Part shown: positions 34,501-46,739 of the stretch, in pieces | Position numbering within the stretch: the stretch's first letter is position 1 | How the letters are laid out: every line of letters starts with the position of its first letter | Source of the DNA: Obrimoposthia wandeli | Taxonomy: Eukaryota | Direction of reading: 5' to 3' | DNA length: 64,000 nt | Assembly: GCA_977020255.1 (NCBI GenBank) | Contig: CDROCS010001778.1 | Coordinates: 372,001 to 436,000, forward strand | Notes under the pieces: model-generated | Seen by the model: the letters and a program-made list of their open reading frames with translations, nothing else | Told to the model about the DNA's origin: nothing | Databases searched by the model: none | Translations under genes and position numbers: made by a program

Positions 34501-37500
34501 GGTCGGCCGACTGATGGTATGGAGGGTCCCATGGGACCTAAAGGAGAGAAAGGCCTGGACGGATTAAATGGCAAGCGCGGAAAGGAGGGATCTAAGGGTA
34601 CCAAGGGTGGCTTCGGTAGCGCCTGCGAGATCTGCAAGAAGGGAGATCTCGGAGACAAGGGAATCAAGGGAGATCAAGGAGACCGTGGAAAGGATGGTGA
34701 CGCCGGTCGTGATGGTAACCCTGGCGGAAGAGGAGATCGAGGACGACCCGGTAATGATGGTGTCGTTGGTCGGGATGGTGAATACGTAAGTCACTGTTTC
34801 TTGTACTAACATTTACAACAGTTACTAGCAATGCCATGGGCGATGTTGATAAATCACTGTCATAACGTAAATCTTAACTATGCAGGGAGATTCTGGTGAT
34901 CGTGGTTTTCAAGGTGAGAAAGGTCTGAAAGGAGAGATGGGGGAAAACCGCAAAGAGCTCGTCCCTTCAGTCAAGGGCCAGAAGGGTGATCTGGGACCTT
35001 ATGGCACAGAGGGACTCAAGGGTATAAAAGGAAATCCCGGTATAAACGGTAAACCTGGAAAACCTGGAAACAATGGTATAAAGGTATGAAAGTGACTTGA
35101 GTAGGATGTGTCAACTTCTTAACGCTGTTTCTACACCATTTCAGGGAAAAACTGGTGACAAAGGCGACAAAGGCTTAGATGGGTTAAAGGGTGATCTGGG
35201 AGACAGGGGTTTCAAGGGCACTGATGCCAAGCCAGTCCAAGGACAGAAGGGATTCGGCGGTGATGGAGGTCTTCCTGGATTAGCTGGAGACATCGGAGAT
35301 AAGGGAGACATTGGAAACTGCACCGTTATCATCGTGAGAAACCAGAACTTCACCGGTGAGAAATTTTCTCTTCATTCTTAATAGACCCATTTCAACGTGC
35401 ATTTTGATTAGATCAGAGTGGACATATTATACAAGTGAAATCTGAACTATGAATTATTGCAGAGAAGGGTGACCGCGGAGATACTGGTGAGGAAGGACCA
35501 AACGGACCCATTGGCAAGATTGGCAAAAAGGGAGATTCCGGATACAAAGGCAACAGCGGGCTTCCTGGCATCAAAGGAGTCCCCGGTCAGCTTGGACAGC
35601 CTGGAGAGTCTGGCGTAAAGGGCTTCGAGGGTGTAGTTGGCATCCCCGGCAAGCGAGGCATGACTGGTGATGAGGGCGACAATGGCACCACGGGACCCAA
35701 TGGCGACCAAGGAGAGATGGGTATGACCGGCCAAACTGGTCTTGACGGTGACAAGGGTGATGCTGGAAAGCCTGGTGTCGGTATCAAGGGACGCCAGGGC
35801 AACCAGGGACCGGATGGAGACAGTGGATTTAAGGGTCTCAAGGGTGAAGACGGCAAGACAGGGTCTGATGGACTGAAGGGTCAGCGTGGTCTTCCCGGTG
35901 ATAATGGAAGCAAGGGTTTCACTGGATTGAAAGGAAATAGTGGCCTAGTGGGACCTGTCGGTGACAAGATGATCAAGGGCATCAAGGGAGACACTGGATA
36001 TGTTGGAACCCCGGGAGTTATTGGACTTCCTGGAGGTCAGGGAGACAAGGGCGAGTGCTCTGGACGTGGCCAGGGTGGCGAGATAGGCAAGTTCGGTCAA
36101 AAGGGTGCTCAGGGTGACAAGGGATTCAGTGGGGAGTTCGGGGATCGAGGAGCACCAGGATTCCAGGGCCGTGCTGGTTCAGTGGGTGCAGTTGGCGAAC
36201 CTGGATTAAATGGATACAAGGGTACAACCGGCCCAGTCGGAGAGCAAGGTCAGTCTGGGGAGCAGGGTCCTAGCGGACCCCAGGGAGGTCCAGGACCACA
36301 AGGTATTGTGGGCAGAAGAGGCCGCAAAGGAGACGATGGCAATAAGGGATCCACCGGAGGCAAAGGAGACATTGGCATAAAGGGTGAGCAACAAGTTGGA
36401 CCCAAAGGAGACAAGGGATTACCTGGCCCTAATGGGAACAGCGGACCTAAAGGACAATTGGGAGGACCCGGTCCCAGAGGTAACAAAGGAGCAACTGGTG
36501 AGCCAGGAGTAGGCTCACATGGTAATATTGGCGAGAAGGGCGAAATGGGAGATAAGGGCTTCAAGGGTCCATTCGGCGATAAGGGAGACCAAGGACCTAC
36601 TGGACCAATCGGACCCCTCGCAGACAAAGGACTAAAGGTCAGTACACACATTACACAGTTAAAGTTGTCGATCAATACAATAATTGTCTGATTCATACAA
36701 TCAATTTCCCGTTGATCTAAGCTAATAATCCAATCCTTCTTCAATTCAGGGTGCAATTGGAAAGCCAGGACCAAACGGTGACGGTGGCAAAGTCGGATCA
36801 GTCGGACCCCAAGGACCTCAGGGAAATCGCGGCAAAGTCGGATCAGACGGTCCCAAAGGAGATAATGGAGCAAAGGGAGACAACGGACGGGCGGGTCAGG
36901 ACAACAAAGGCCAGCAAGGTCTGCCGGGACCCAATGGACCAAACGGTGATCAGGGAGAATCGGGAGAGCGTGGAGACAAGGGTATCAACGGCACTCCAGG
37001 ACCTAAGGGCCCCCAGGGCTTCAATGGAGATCAGGGACCTCAGGGCAAAAAGGGTGACAATGGTTTCAAAGGAGATCAGGGCGGTCAGGGCAAAGGTGGT
37101 ATGAAAGGCTCCAAAGGTTTCAAGGGTTATGTCGGTGGTAAGGGAGATACTGGAGACATCGGAGATATCGGTGATGCGGGCCGCCAGGGCAAGGTCGGAG
37201 CAGCAGGCGATTGTGTACAGGGACGATCTGGAGGTCGTGGGGATCCAGGAGCACCAGGAGAAGCTGGGCCATTAGGAGAAATTGGACTTCAAGGTTGGTC
37301 AACATTAGAAGTCACTTTGAGCTATACACTGTGAATCACTTTTTGTTCAAATTATCACCGATCATATAAATAAATTGTTGTATAACCATCTCTCAGGTAG
37401 CAATTGCACACACACAAACATGTATAAGCTATTTATTTCTCGCAGTGTAAAATTGTAAAGTAACATAAATATTTATTTTTGATCCAATAAACATGTGAAT

Positions 37501-39178
37501 TAAACACTTTGCGGGATGAATCTTCATAGATGTGCACACACACAGCTGTTGTAGAAAGTGTTTGCATTGGACAAACACATCTAAAATCAGTTCAGACCAG
37601 GAAATGAATGTCCCTTTTTCATTATGCAGGACTGCCTGGAAAAATGGGTCGCAAAGGAGACACAGGTATTCCCGGAGTCGGTATCGAGGGCCCAGATGGT
37701 GACATCGGCAGCAAGGGTCAGCCAGGCAAGCAGGGTCCCAAAGGTCTGAAGGGTCAAGTCGGTTCTGATGGTGAAACTGGTCCCAAGGGCCTGAAAGGCG
37801 ACCTAGGTGACATCGGGGGAAATGGAGACAAGGGATCAGTTGGCATGGACGGAAGTCGTGGACTCAAGGGAGATGAGGGCAACAAAGGTCCTAACGGGGA
37901 AATGGGCAAGAAAGGCATGGTCGGTCCCGATGGGCCCAAGGGCATCCATGGTATCAAAGGCGAGATCGGCATAACTGGAGACTTCGGGTTCAAGGGTGAA
38001 CAAGGTGACAAGGGTATGGTCGGCAAGAAAGGAGTCATAGGCCTCAAGGGAGATGAAAAGATCGGAGATCGTGGAGACATCGGAGAACAGGGACCCAGAG
38101 GCATTCATGGTATAAAGGGAGAGGTTGGACAGCCTGCTGAACGAGGACCTAAAGGTTTAAAGGGATACCAAGGACTACCTGGTGAGAACGGTGTTGAGCA
38201 AGGAGAACAGGGAAAGAAGGGAAAACCCGGACCAGTTGGCAAAGTCGGTGTGCAAGGACCCAAAGGAGACATTGGTCCAGTCGGAGTTCCTGGCATCAAT
38301 GGTGACCAAGGACCTCAAGGCAGAGCCCTCGAGAGCACTTTCCTTTACACCAAGCATTTGCAAAACCCCAATGCACCTCTCAAGTGCCCAGAAGGACACA
38401 ATAAGATTGACGATGGTTACAGTTTCGTGATGGCCAACGGACAGCATGAAGTCAACGTGATGAACCTCGGAACCCACAGCTCCTGTCTGAAAATGTTCAA
38501 CATCATGCCATTCCAACAGTGTGGCCGTGACGGTTCTTGTTTGGCCAAAATCAGAGCCGACAAGTCGTACTGGCTGGCATCTACTGTGGATGTTTCCGTC
38601 AACCCAATCAACGTTTCTGACGTGGAGAAATTCATTTCCCGTTGTGTCATTTGTGAAAGCTCCGCTCAACCTTACGCCTTCCATGCTCAAAGTAACAATA
38701 TCGACGATGCCGAATGCCCAAATAACTGGAGAGAACTCTGGTCTGGATTCAGTTTCGTGATGGTGAGATTTTTTTTCTATAACATAAATTGTATTATGAT
38801 TCCTCAAATTATCGGTATACAATTTTCTAATGATTTCGAATTATTATATTTTAATTAGCCAATTGTAATCATAAATACAATTCTGTTTATCATTCAATAA
38901 TTCGCCGTTTGCGCTCATTACAGCACAGCAGCGGTCGCAGCGGAGGCGGACAGAGTCTCTCTTCTCCCGGCAGTTGTATTCCTAACTTCATGATTTCACC
39001 GATGCTGGAATGTAACAACGGAATGGATCAATGTCATCACTGGCATGACTCGAAGGCCTACTACATGCGTCACATTGATGAACAATTCGAAGCACCAAAG
39101 TCTGTTTTCAGTCCGTCGAGAGATTATGCTCGTAAACAAATCAGCAAATGCCGTGTTTGTATGAAGAATCGTTTGTAA
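31533..39178 (+). CDS. col4a2: Type IV collagen, alpha2-like chain (16 exons, ~1766 aa)
   Basis: Exons 31533-31591, 31653-31689, 31751-31828, 31947-32081, 32357-32401, 32456-32740, 32919-33155, 33213-33275, 33356-33520, 34105-34785, 34886-35083, 35145-35355, 35463-36637, 36750-37293, 37630-38762, 38924-39178. All introns are GT-AG, phases are compatible, total 5301 nt. Encodes a signal-like N-terminus, Cys-rich 7S (CNMKCGPNTCTC), interrupted Gly-X-Y and an NC1 with 12 Cys. Spacing, GGGQSL and CMKN are alpha2-like. Confidence 0.93.
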
Positions 39179-40139
39179 GCAATTCTGGTTATTTAAGTAT
39201 CAATGATGCCGAGGACTATTCTCCGAATTAGGCGGATTGCTGCTGATTGTGATTTTGATTAGAAATGATATTGATCGTTTCTGACAATAGTATTTTATTT
39301 ATTATACGTTAATATACATTTGTTTGGTGTCTGTTTGGAATTTGTTTTTCATTTATGGAATGAGTTATTTTTTAAAATAAGATTTTTGAAATGTGTTCAG
39401 TTTTTTCGTTCATTTTGTTTTATCAAATTATTTAAGTTGTATGTAGTTTCAAGAAGTAAACGTTTACAAATAACCTTTATATAATTATTTCAAAGGTACA
39501 TTTTAATAATAAAAACCGGCATTAGTCGGATGTTGCCCTTGTAAACATTAAAAAATCGCCATTTGCGAAAATGTTTATTTCAAATACTCAATAGTTAATT
39601 TTTTTAAATAATAAAATTTATAAACATGTAGGTTAGTAAAAATAAGCGAAAATAAATGAATTTATCAGTTGTTTTATTGATAAATATAAACAAAGTAATG
39701 GCAACGTCCGACTTCAGCCTAATATCCTTATGACATTTTAAAATTACGCTAATATTTCATGTTTAAAGTTATTTTAGTACTTTTATTCTTTATGATTAAT
39801 AATTTTTAATAAAAATTTAATTAGTAGCATTCAATTTATTAAATTTAATTTGTACTAAAATCATTGCATTGTCTTTGTATTTATCTTAATATTTACATAA
39901 AATAAAGTATCATTTTTGATTGCATTTTTGTTTTGATTAGATTAGTTATGACACACTTATTTTAAAGTTTGTTTTTAATTGAAATAGTGTTTAGAAAATT
40001 AGCAATATTAGTACTGCAGTCACTTCACATAAATTAACTTATAATTTGAAGTAAATAATACACAACTTAAAATATTTTATTTGATGTTTTATTAAAAATC
40101 AAGTCGCGAGCAATGGAAAGAAATATACGTGAATTGAGT

Positions 40140-41610
40140 TTGAGACTACTGTTTTAAGTAATTGTGAACAATACACATAGTAAAAGCGTATAAATCAGTA
40201 AAACAAGGCAGTCACATTCTATCTCAATTGTTTACAATCATTCATATCAAAGAAAAATCGATAACTAAAGTCTAATGTCGTTAGAATGTTTTTCAAAGTC
40301 ACCAAATCGCGTATTAAACTGTCCAAGAAGTTCATCGATAACCAAAACATAAATATCGGTATGAGCATTCTTAAATTTTGTCAGTGACGGAAAGTGAGAG
40401 AAGCTTATAAGTTTGTTGCAAAATAAACGAAGTTTCACTTTAGAATCGTCGATATTGTCAAACATCTTATTAACAAGTTGATTTTTTCCTTGTAGCTGTT
40501 CATTGAGTTGGTTTAAATGTGTCATAATGTAGACTAAAAAGAAAAATATTATCAATACAATCGTTAATAACCAAGAAATTAACACTTTTTCTCTCCTGCA
40601 TCATAAAATTTCTCATCTCTACTCTCAAATCGTATGAATGTTTCAGCATATTTCCTTTGCTCAGGCTTGCACATCAATAAAGGGAAGATCACAATAATCA
40701 CTTTCACATTCAATTAAAAACTCTTTGAATTAGCAATGATTGAATCCCGAGAAAGAATAAAAATGACGCACTTCACGAAAAACCGTCCAGGTGTCTTGAA
40801 ATTTGATGACCTTGGAGCACAAGTTTTCCTGGTGAATAACACAATGCAACTTAAAAATATAGTTATTGGTTTGCCAAAGTCCTCCATTAGTTATACTAAT
40901 TCAACCTCTTTTCTAATCATCGCTGGTGCTCCACCAGTAGTAACTATTTTTAACTTGCGTATGTTCAAAACAAAGTCAAACGGGAATTGTTGAGGCGCAT
41001 TAAATAAATATTCACCAGTAGTTCTACTTTTTATGAGGATGAGGGTAAGTCACTGCTCAGTAATCATGAAACTGTTGTCCAATCCAGAAAAGAAAGTACA
41101 AAATTTATCTGTGTCACAATTGTCTGTACTTTCATCCAACGATTGAGAAAAGGAATAGAACGCTTTCTGTTGTTGTGCAAGGGGTTACCAATATCAATTG
41201 ACATGCCAGAAAGTCGTCTGACTACTGTGCACCTTGAAACATTGGTAAAATTCAATTTTTTCTCAAAACAAATGTCAACAGTAATATCAATGCGTTCTTT
41301 GACTAACTTTCCATCTGAAAATTGCTTTAATTTTTCACTAAAAGTTCATTGGCTAGGTAACTGGCTCAAGCTGCACTTTTCAAATCCTCATTTTGCCGTG
41401 ATATTAACTTTGAATTAAGTCAGTCTTGAACAGTATATTTGTCAAATGTTTTCGCATGCTTGGTAGAATAATCTCAATTTATGTTAAATTCTTTACAAAC
41501 TGTGATTGATTCATTGCAAATTAAACAGTGCAGAATATTATTGACAGCAGTAAAGAAGTACTTATTCCCGCAATTCTAATTAAAACTTTGTTGCTTCATA
41601 ATAACTCCCG
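40140..41610 (-). pseudogene. hAT (SPIN/GTF2IRD2-like) transposase relic
   Basis: YFFTAVNNILHCLIC, TTGGAPAM, HCVIHQENLCSK and QFNTRFGDF remnants with many disruptions. Confidence 0.75.
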
Positions 41611-42749
41611 CTGATCGGCTGCTGTACCCTAAAAATATTTGTAAAAAGTTGTAATAAACAGGATACATATTGTGTAGGTCAAAATTTCCAAAATAATAAA
41701 AATCTCAAAAATCTCAAAATTGACAATTTTACAAAAAAGGGTAAAAAATATTAATTTACTTAAAAATATATTTTACTTTTAAAAAAAGAATAATATGAAT
41801 ATTGCTCACTTTCCTCGTCAAAATGACAGTATACAGCAAAATTTAAATTATTTTGAATGGCAAGCTATAGATTCTATTTTACAAAAATCTTTCTACTCAA
41901 TTTATTAAAATAACATATTTAAACTTCTACTTTTACGGAAATCATCAAGGTACAGTCTTTTAATATAAAATAAAACAATTTCATAGCATTAAAGAAAATA
42001 TTCGAATATGCTTAAACTTTAATCTTGACTATATAACAAACAGGTAATGATATTTATAAAATAAAATTAACTCCTCTTCATCCTAAAGTTTTAATGACTT
42101 GCTTCATTTCCAATGACTCCTAAAGCAAATGTTATAGATCAATTTTATGATACACTAGAAAGGTACCTCTTGATATCTGCAAACTTTGGTATACCTCAGG
42201 TGTATACTAAGGATTCTGGAGGGGGGTCCAAAATGACCCTAAAACAGCCTTTTTCCGTGGTAATAAAAAATAAAAGACAAGTCCCCAGGTCTTTGGTTCT
42301 TTGTATCAGATAAAGTTAAAGGTTTCAAGTATATGCTCCCAAAATTTGATTTCCATTGGGGTACTCCTTGTATATTTAAAAATTTGTTGAAAATGGTCAA
42401 AAACCCCCAAATTTCAGAATTACATTTCTTCATTTATCCGAAAAAATGGTAAGTGTGCATAACCTTTTCCCCAAGTCTCGTGTGGGAAAAACGTTTTATA
42501 CTATATGAATAAGAATCCAATTTCAAGGAATGTTTATACCCATAATAATTTTTATGGGTCCCACACTTGTTTAAAAACATTTTAATTTTAATTTTCAGAA
42601 TTACGTCCCTTACCTTTCAATAATACGGTACCACACAAGTTGGAGTCAGCCTAGCAATCGGAATCAGTGGCTTTCCCATCACTTCTTTTATATATATTTG
42701 CAGCTCTACGTTGTCGGCACCTATTAATACATTGACTTGAGCTCTCTTC

Positions 42750-44560
42750 CCCATGTCAGAAAATAAATATTCTGAAGGTGTTCACATTTATGACGTTCTT
42801 CTTTCCAGGTTATGATTTCTAATCCCTTCGTGATCTTTGGGATAGTTAACCTTTTGACCACCTTACTGACCTTTCTATTGTGGCTTCTCGCTTTCACTGT
42901 AATCCTTTAACTTTTCCATCAGTCTTCCGTTGACTCTTACGGGCATCGCAAATTTTGGCCCACTTAACTCCAACGTCCGCGCCAAATCTTCACTGATGTA
43001 CGAACTAGTGCTCGCGTCGTCTGACAATGCGTTCAGAATTACTTCTTTGCACTATTATCGGCATGGTGCGTAAAAAAACAAATGAGTTATTCTCACTTTC
43101 TCTCTGCCAAGTCATCAGAGTGTGATATTTCCTTATACTTTCTTTCTCATTCTTGTGGAGCAACCAATGGTGTTTCTCTTGGGATCTATCCATCGGACAT
43201 AGTTTGTATGTTTTACATTTTCCCATCATATGATTTCTTCTCAAACAATTCTTGCACATCCTCTCTTTCTTAACCCACATCAGCCTAGCTTCCACTATTA
43301 AATCCCTAAATTGCTCGCATTGATCCGTTAGCTTTACATTTTGAGCATTCGGCTTTTGTGGATTGGCTTATACTCGCTTTTCCATTCCCTTTACAATTCG
43401 TTAGGAAGGTGTGAGTATGATGACCTGTGTCATTTTTCAACCTCGTGTTTTTTACATCATCATCCGTTCGTCTTCTATGGCTTTCACGTTTGTTGCTTAG
43501 TTTATGCATATACCTCTAACTTCCAATAACATTGTTTTCTCTCCTTAGGTTTCCACTTTCTTGTTGGGCCCATATCTTTAATGTGCATACATTTTCTTCC
43601 TCTCCATATTGTTTTATCCACTAGTTCAATCCATCACTCCTAACATTGGCAATTTTCTCAGTAACTTATTGAACAAAAAAACATTTGCAAGATCACCTTT
43701 ATTGTTCCCATCTTTCATTCTGATTATTATTTTGTTTATGAGCTGCACTAATGCATCAAGGTCATGCTCTTCTCTCCATCTTACCACTCTAAATCTTTCC
43801 ACCGTCCATTAACTCTCTGTAATTTTTTCCCTTCCTCCGTATTTCTCTTCTAACAATTTCAATGCCTCATAGTAACTTTCATCTTTGAAACCAAGGTTTT
43901 GAATTAATTTGTAAGGTTCCCTTTTAACATATTCCATCAGTTGTAATATCTTTTTTTGTTTTGGCGCATTTGTTTGGTCGATTACAGTACTAAATATTAC
44001 TCGTCAACTTTCATATTCTTCGTTTTTGTTTAAGACCTTTTAAGATATTTTGACCGTATCTTCTTTAACTATTATTTTCTTCTTTTATTTTGACTGACTT
44101 TGTTTTGGTTCTGATCTCGAATTCTTTTTCCATTTTTGAAATTTCATTTTTTATATTATTTTATTTTGGTATTATTTTTCTTATTTACCGCAATCTCCAA
44201 TTCCTTATTTTTCTGTCCACTGATTTTTTTTAAAATTATCTCTCTATACTTTTATCTCTTATCTTGGTCTTCGGCTGTATCTCGAGCTTCTCTCCACTCA
44301 TCTCCTGCTAATAATATTTCCACTCTTGTTATCCCACCTTTCAGTTTCGGAATTACTCTGATGTTCATAAATTTGTATCCCATCGTCTGGCTTTATGTAT
44401 TTGCCATCCGATTCTAACCAGTACTCCTCTGAGTATTTTACTTTTTCTCGTATCTCTCTCCAACTACTCCTCTCCGCGTACTCTGTCAATCCAATTTTCC
44501 CGCTCTCTATCAAAAAATACGAATTGAAGTCAGATTTATTAACTTATTTATTCTGTTGTT
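42750..44560 (-). mobile_element. BEL/Pao LTR-retrotransposon gag-protease relic
   Basis: CKNCLRRNHMMGKC...C...HHWLLH triple Cys-His motif, YYEALKLLEEKYG (DUF1759-like) and protease-like ALSDDASTSSYISE. Confidence 0.8.
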
Positions 44561-46739
44561 TAGTTGTTGGATCCTTCTCTGGGAACTAATCAATTTTAGT
44601 AGAGTCCGAAGCTTCACCTCCATCATTAATATTAAATTGTTTGACGATAGTATTATTTTGAAAGTAGGGGTTTTGACCAAATGTGAAAATTATTTTATAA
44701 CCAAATTTGATATCTTCGCTTTCTTTAACAACTAGATTTTCTAAAAATTTTAATCTTCATCATTAATAATCGCAGAAAACTGTGGATGATTTATAAAAGC
44801 TACGTCCCAAAAATGAGGTATCTGCTTAATAAAATTATTTTTAATAAAAGAAGAGCTTCAATTGAGACCCATTTATGAAATTTGTCAAATTATTCTTTAA
44901 ATGGTTACGGCCATTCCCCATAAAAAAAGAAAATTACCTTCATCGAAGCGTCATCATCATAATCTTCATTTTCTGAAGCTCCCAAATCTCATTTATCACT
45001 GTCAGCAGCGGTAACAACCTCAATATTGGCAGCTGCATCAAATTCAATGTCGTTGTCTTTTTCAATTTTCACAGCGTCGGGAATTTTTCCAAATGCACCA
45101 GATTGGTGGTCATTCAATCTTCGCTCTCGCTCAATTCTTCCTGATCGATTTTGCTTGTCATCCGCATCCAAATATGGAAATTGCTGGCTATCGTATCGTA
45201 TCTTAAGACTGTCATATCTACTCAACTTTGCGCTTATCTTGAAAACAAAACAAAACATAAGAATCGTCAAAGAGTGAGTTAAAAGTTTCATTGAATTCAT
45301 TATAATCGCTTGTAGAATTTTGTAAAATCTCTGAGTAAGTTTTTCTTTGAACATTTTTGTCATCTTTCGTAGTTTCAGTCGAAGGTTCTGCATCTTGATT
45401 GGTAAAGATTGCTTCAATGGAGATTTAGTTTCCCACCAACCCTGCGTCATCTTTCTCTTCGTTCTCCTCTACTTTGTCATCATCGTCTCCATTACCTTGA
45501 TTTACCATTCCGCTGTATTTATTCGGGCAGTTTAACATAGGTTTAAATAATTTAGTAGAGATCGTTAATTTCTCATTGTCTTTAGGGTCATAGCTTTTTT
45601 TTTTGCAATCCAAATTATTCCGTATTTCAGCGATAAATATATCTGAACTGGCTACATCTGAATGATAAAGATCCAACAACACCGCTTCAGTATTAGGATG
45701 CACATCGTCATTATTCAGGTTTGACTTGTAAATTTAGAAACTGTTATTGAATATGACGTGGTAACCACTGTCAAAATGTATGGTGTCATCTTGCGCATTA
45801 CAATTTGTCCTGGTTTCCAGAGTTAATTTACTTTTAAGAGTAAGGATCCACTTTTGACGAATGCATTGAACATATTTTATCACTAATTGTCTTTCGCTAT
45901 AGAGAATAAACTTAGAACTCTTACTTTCCTGTTCCACAACTGTTTGGATGAAGGTCTTAACATTCCACAATCGAGCAGCGGTTTTGCAGTCGCTGGCGAA
46001 CATTGTAGAGCTCTTAAAAATACTCGTATGCAAAACACGTTAACTACTAATTGTGGTCCTTTATGTCTTTCATAAAATTTCTCAATACATTTTATGAATT
46101 TAAACGACTTATTTTTATACAAGTTAGATTTATATTAACTATAAATATTAATTTCTATTAAAAACTTTTAACAAATTTATAAATTAAGAATTTGCTTTAC
46201 ATGATTGAAAATTATTTAAACGTTTACAAAATATTAATTGTAAATATTTTCTTATGATGTGATTATATTAAATTACATAAACGATAAACTAAAAAATAAT
46301 TTTTTAAAACTATTTACATTTTAAAATCTAAATTATGTATTAAAGTTTAAAAAAAATCAAATCGATTTTATAGATTTTAATTCAAACAAGCGGGAAACTA
46401 GTGTCAATAAGTTTGAATATGAATTTTATGGCTGAAAATTAATTCCACTTACGGTAAAACGGGTGAACGGTATAGGCAAACTTTTAAGTGTAGTATTCGA
46501 AATGTAGCTATGAATACAGATTCTTTTTCCATGAGTGTGTGAATAACGGATGTATACTTGAAATCAATATATTGGGTTAAAGATCTGACAGTTTGATAAA
46601 TCATCTTAAAATAAATTTCAGATCATTTTCTTTTTACCATTTTTGGTCTTTAATGATTTAGTAGTAGCTTTTTTACTCTTTTTCTTATTAAATATTATGC
46701 AATATTACTATTGTTTATAAAGAAGTAAATACAGATAGA

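Noticed and set aside
32425-38822. Many antisense and off-frame ORFs over the collagen gene
   Set aside because: Shadows of GGN-rich Gly-X-Y exons (Pro/Ser-rich antisense). The true reading is the spliced plus-strand frame.
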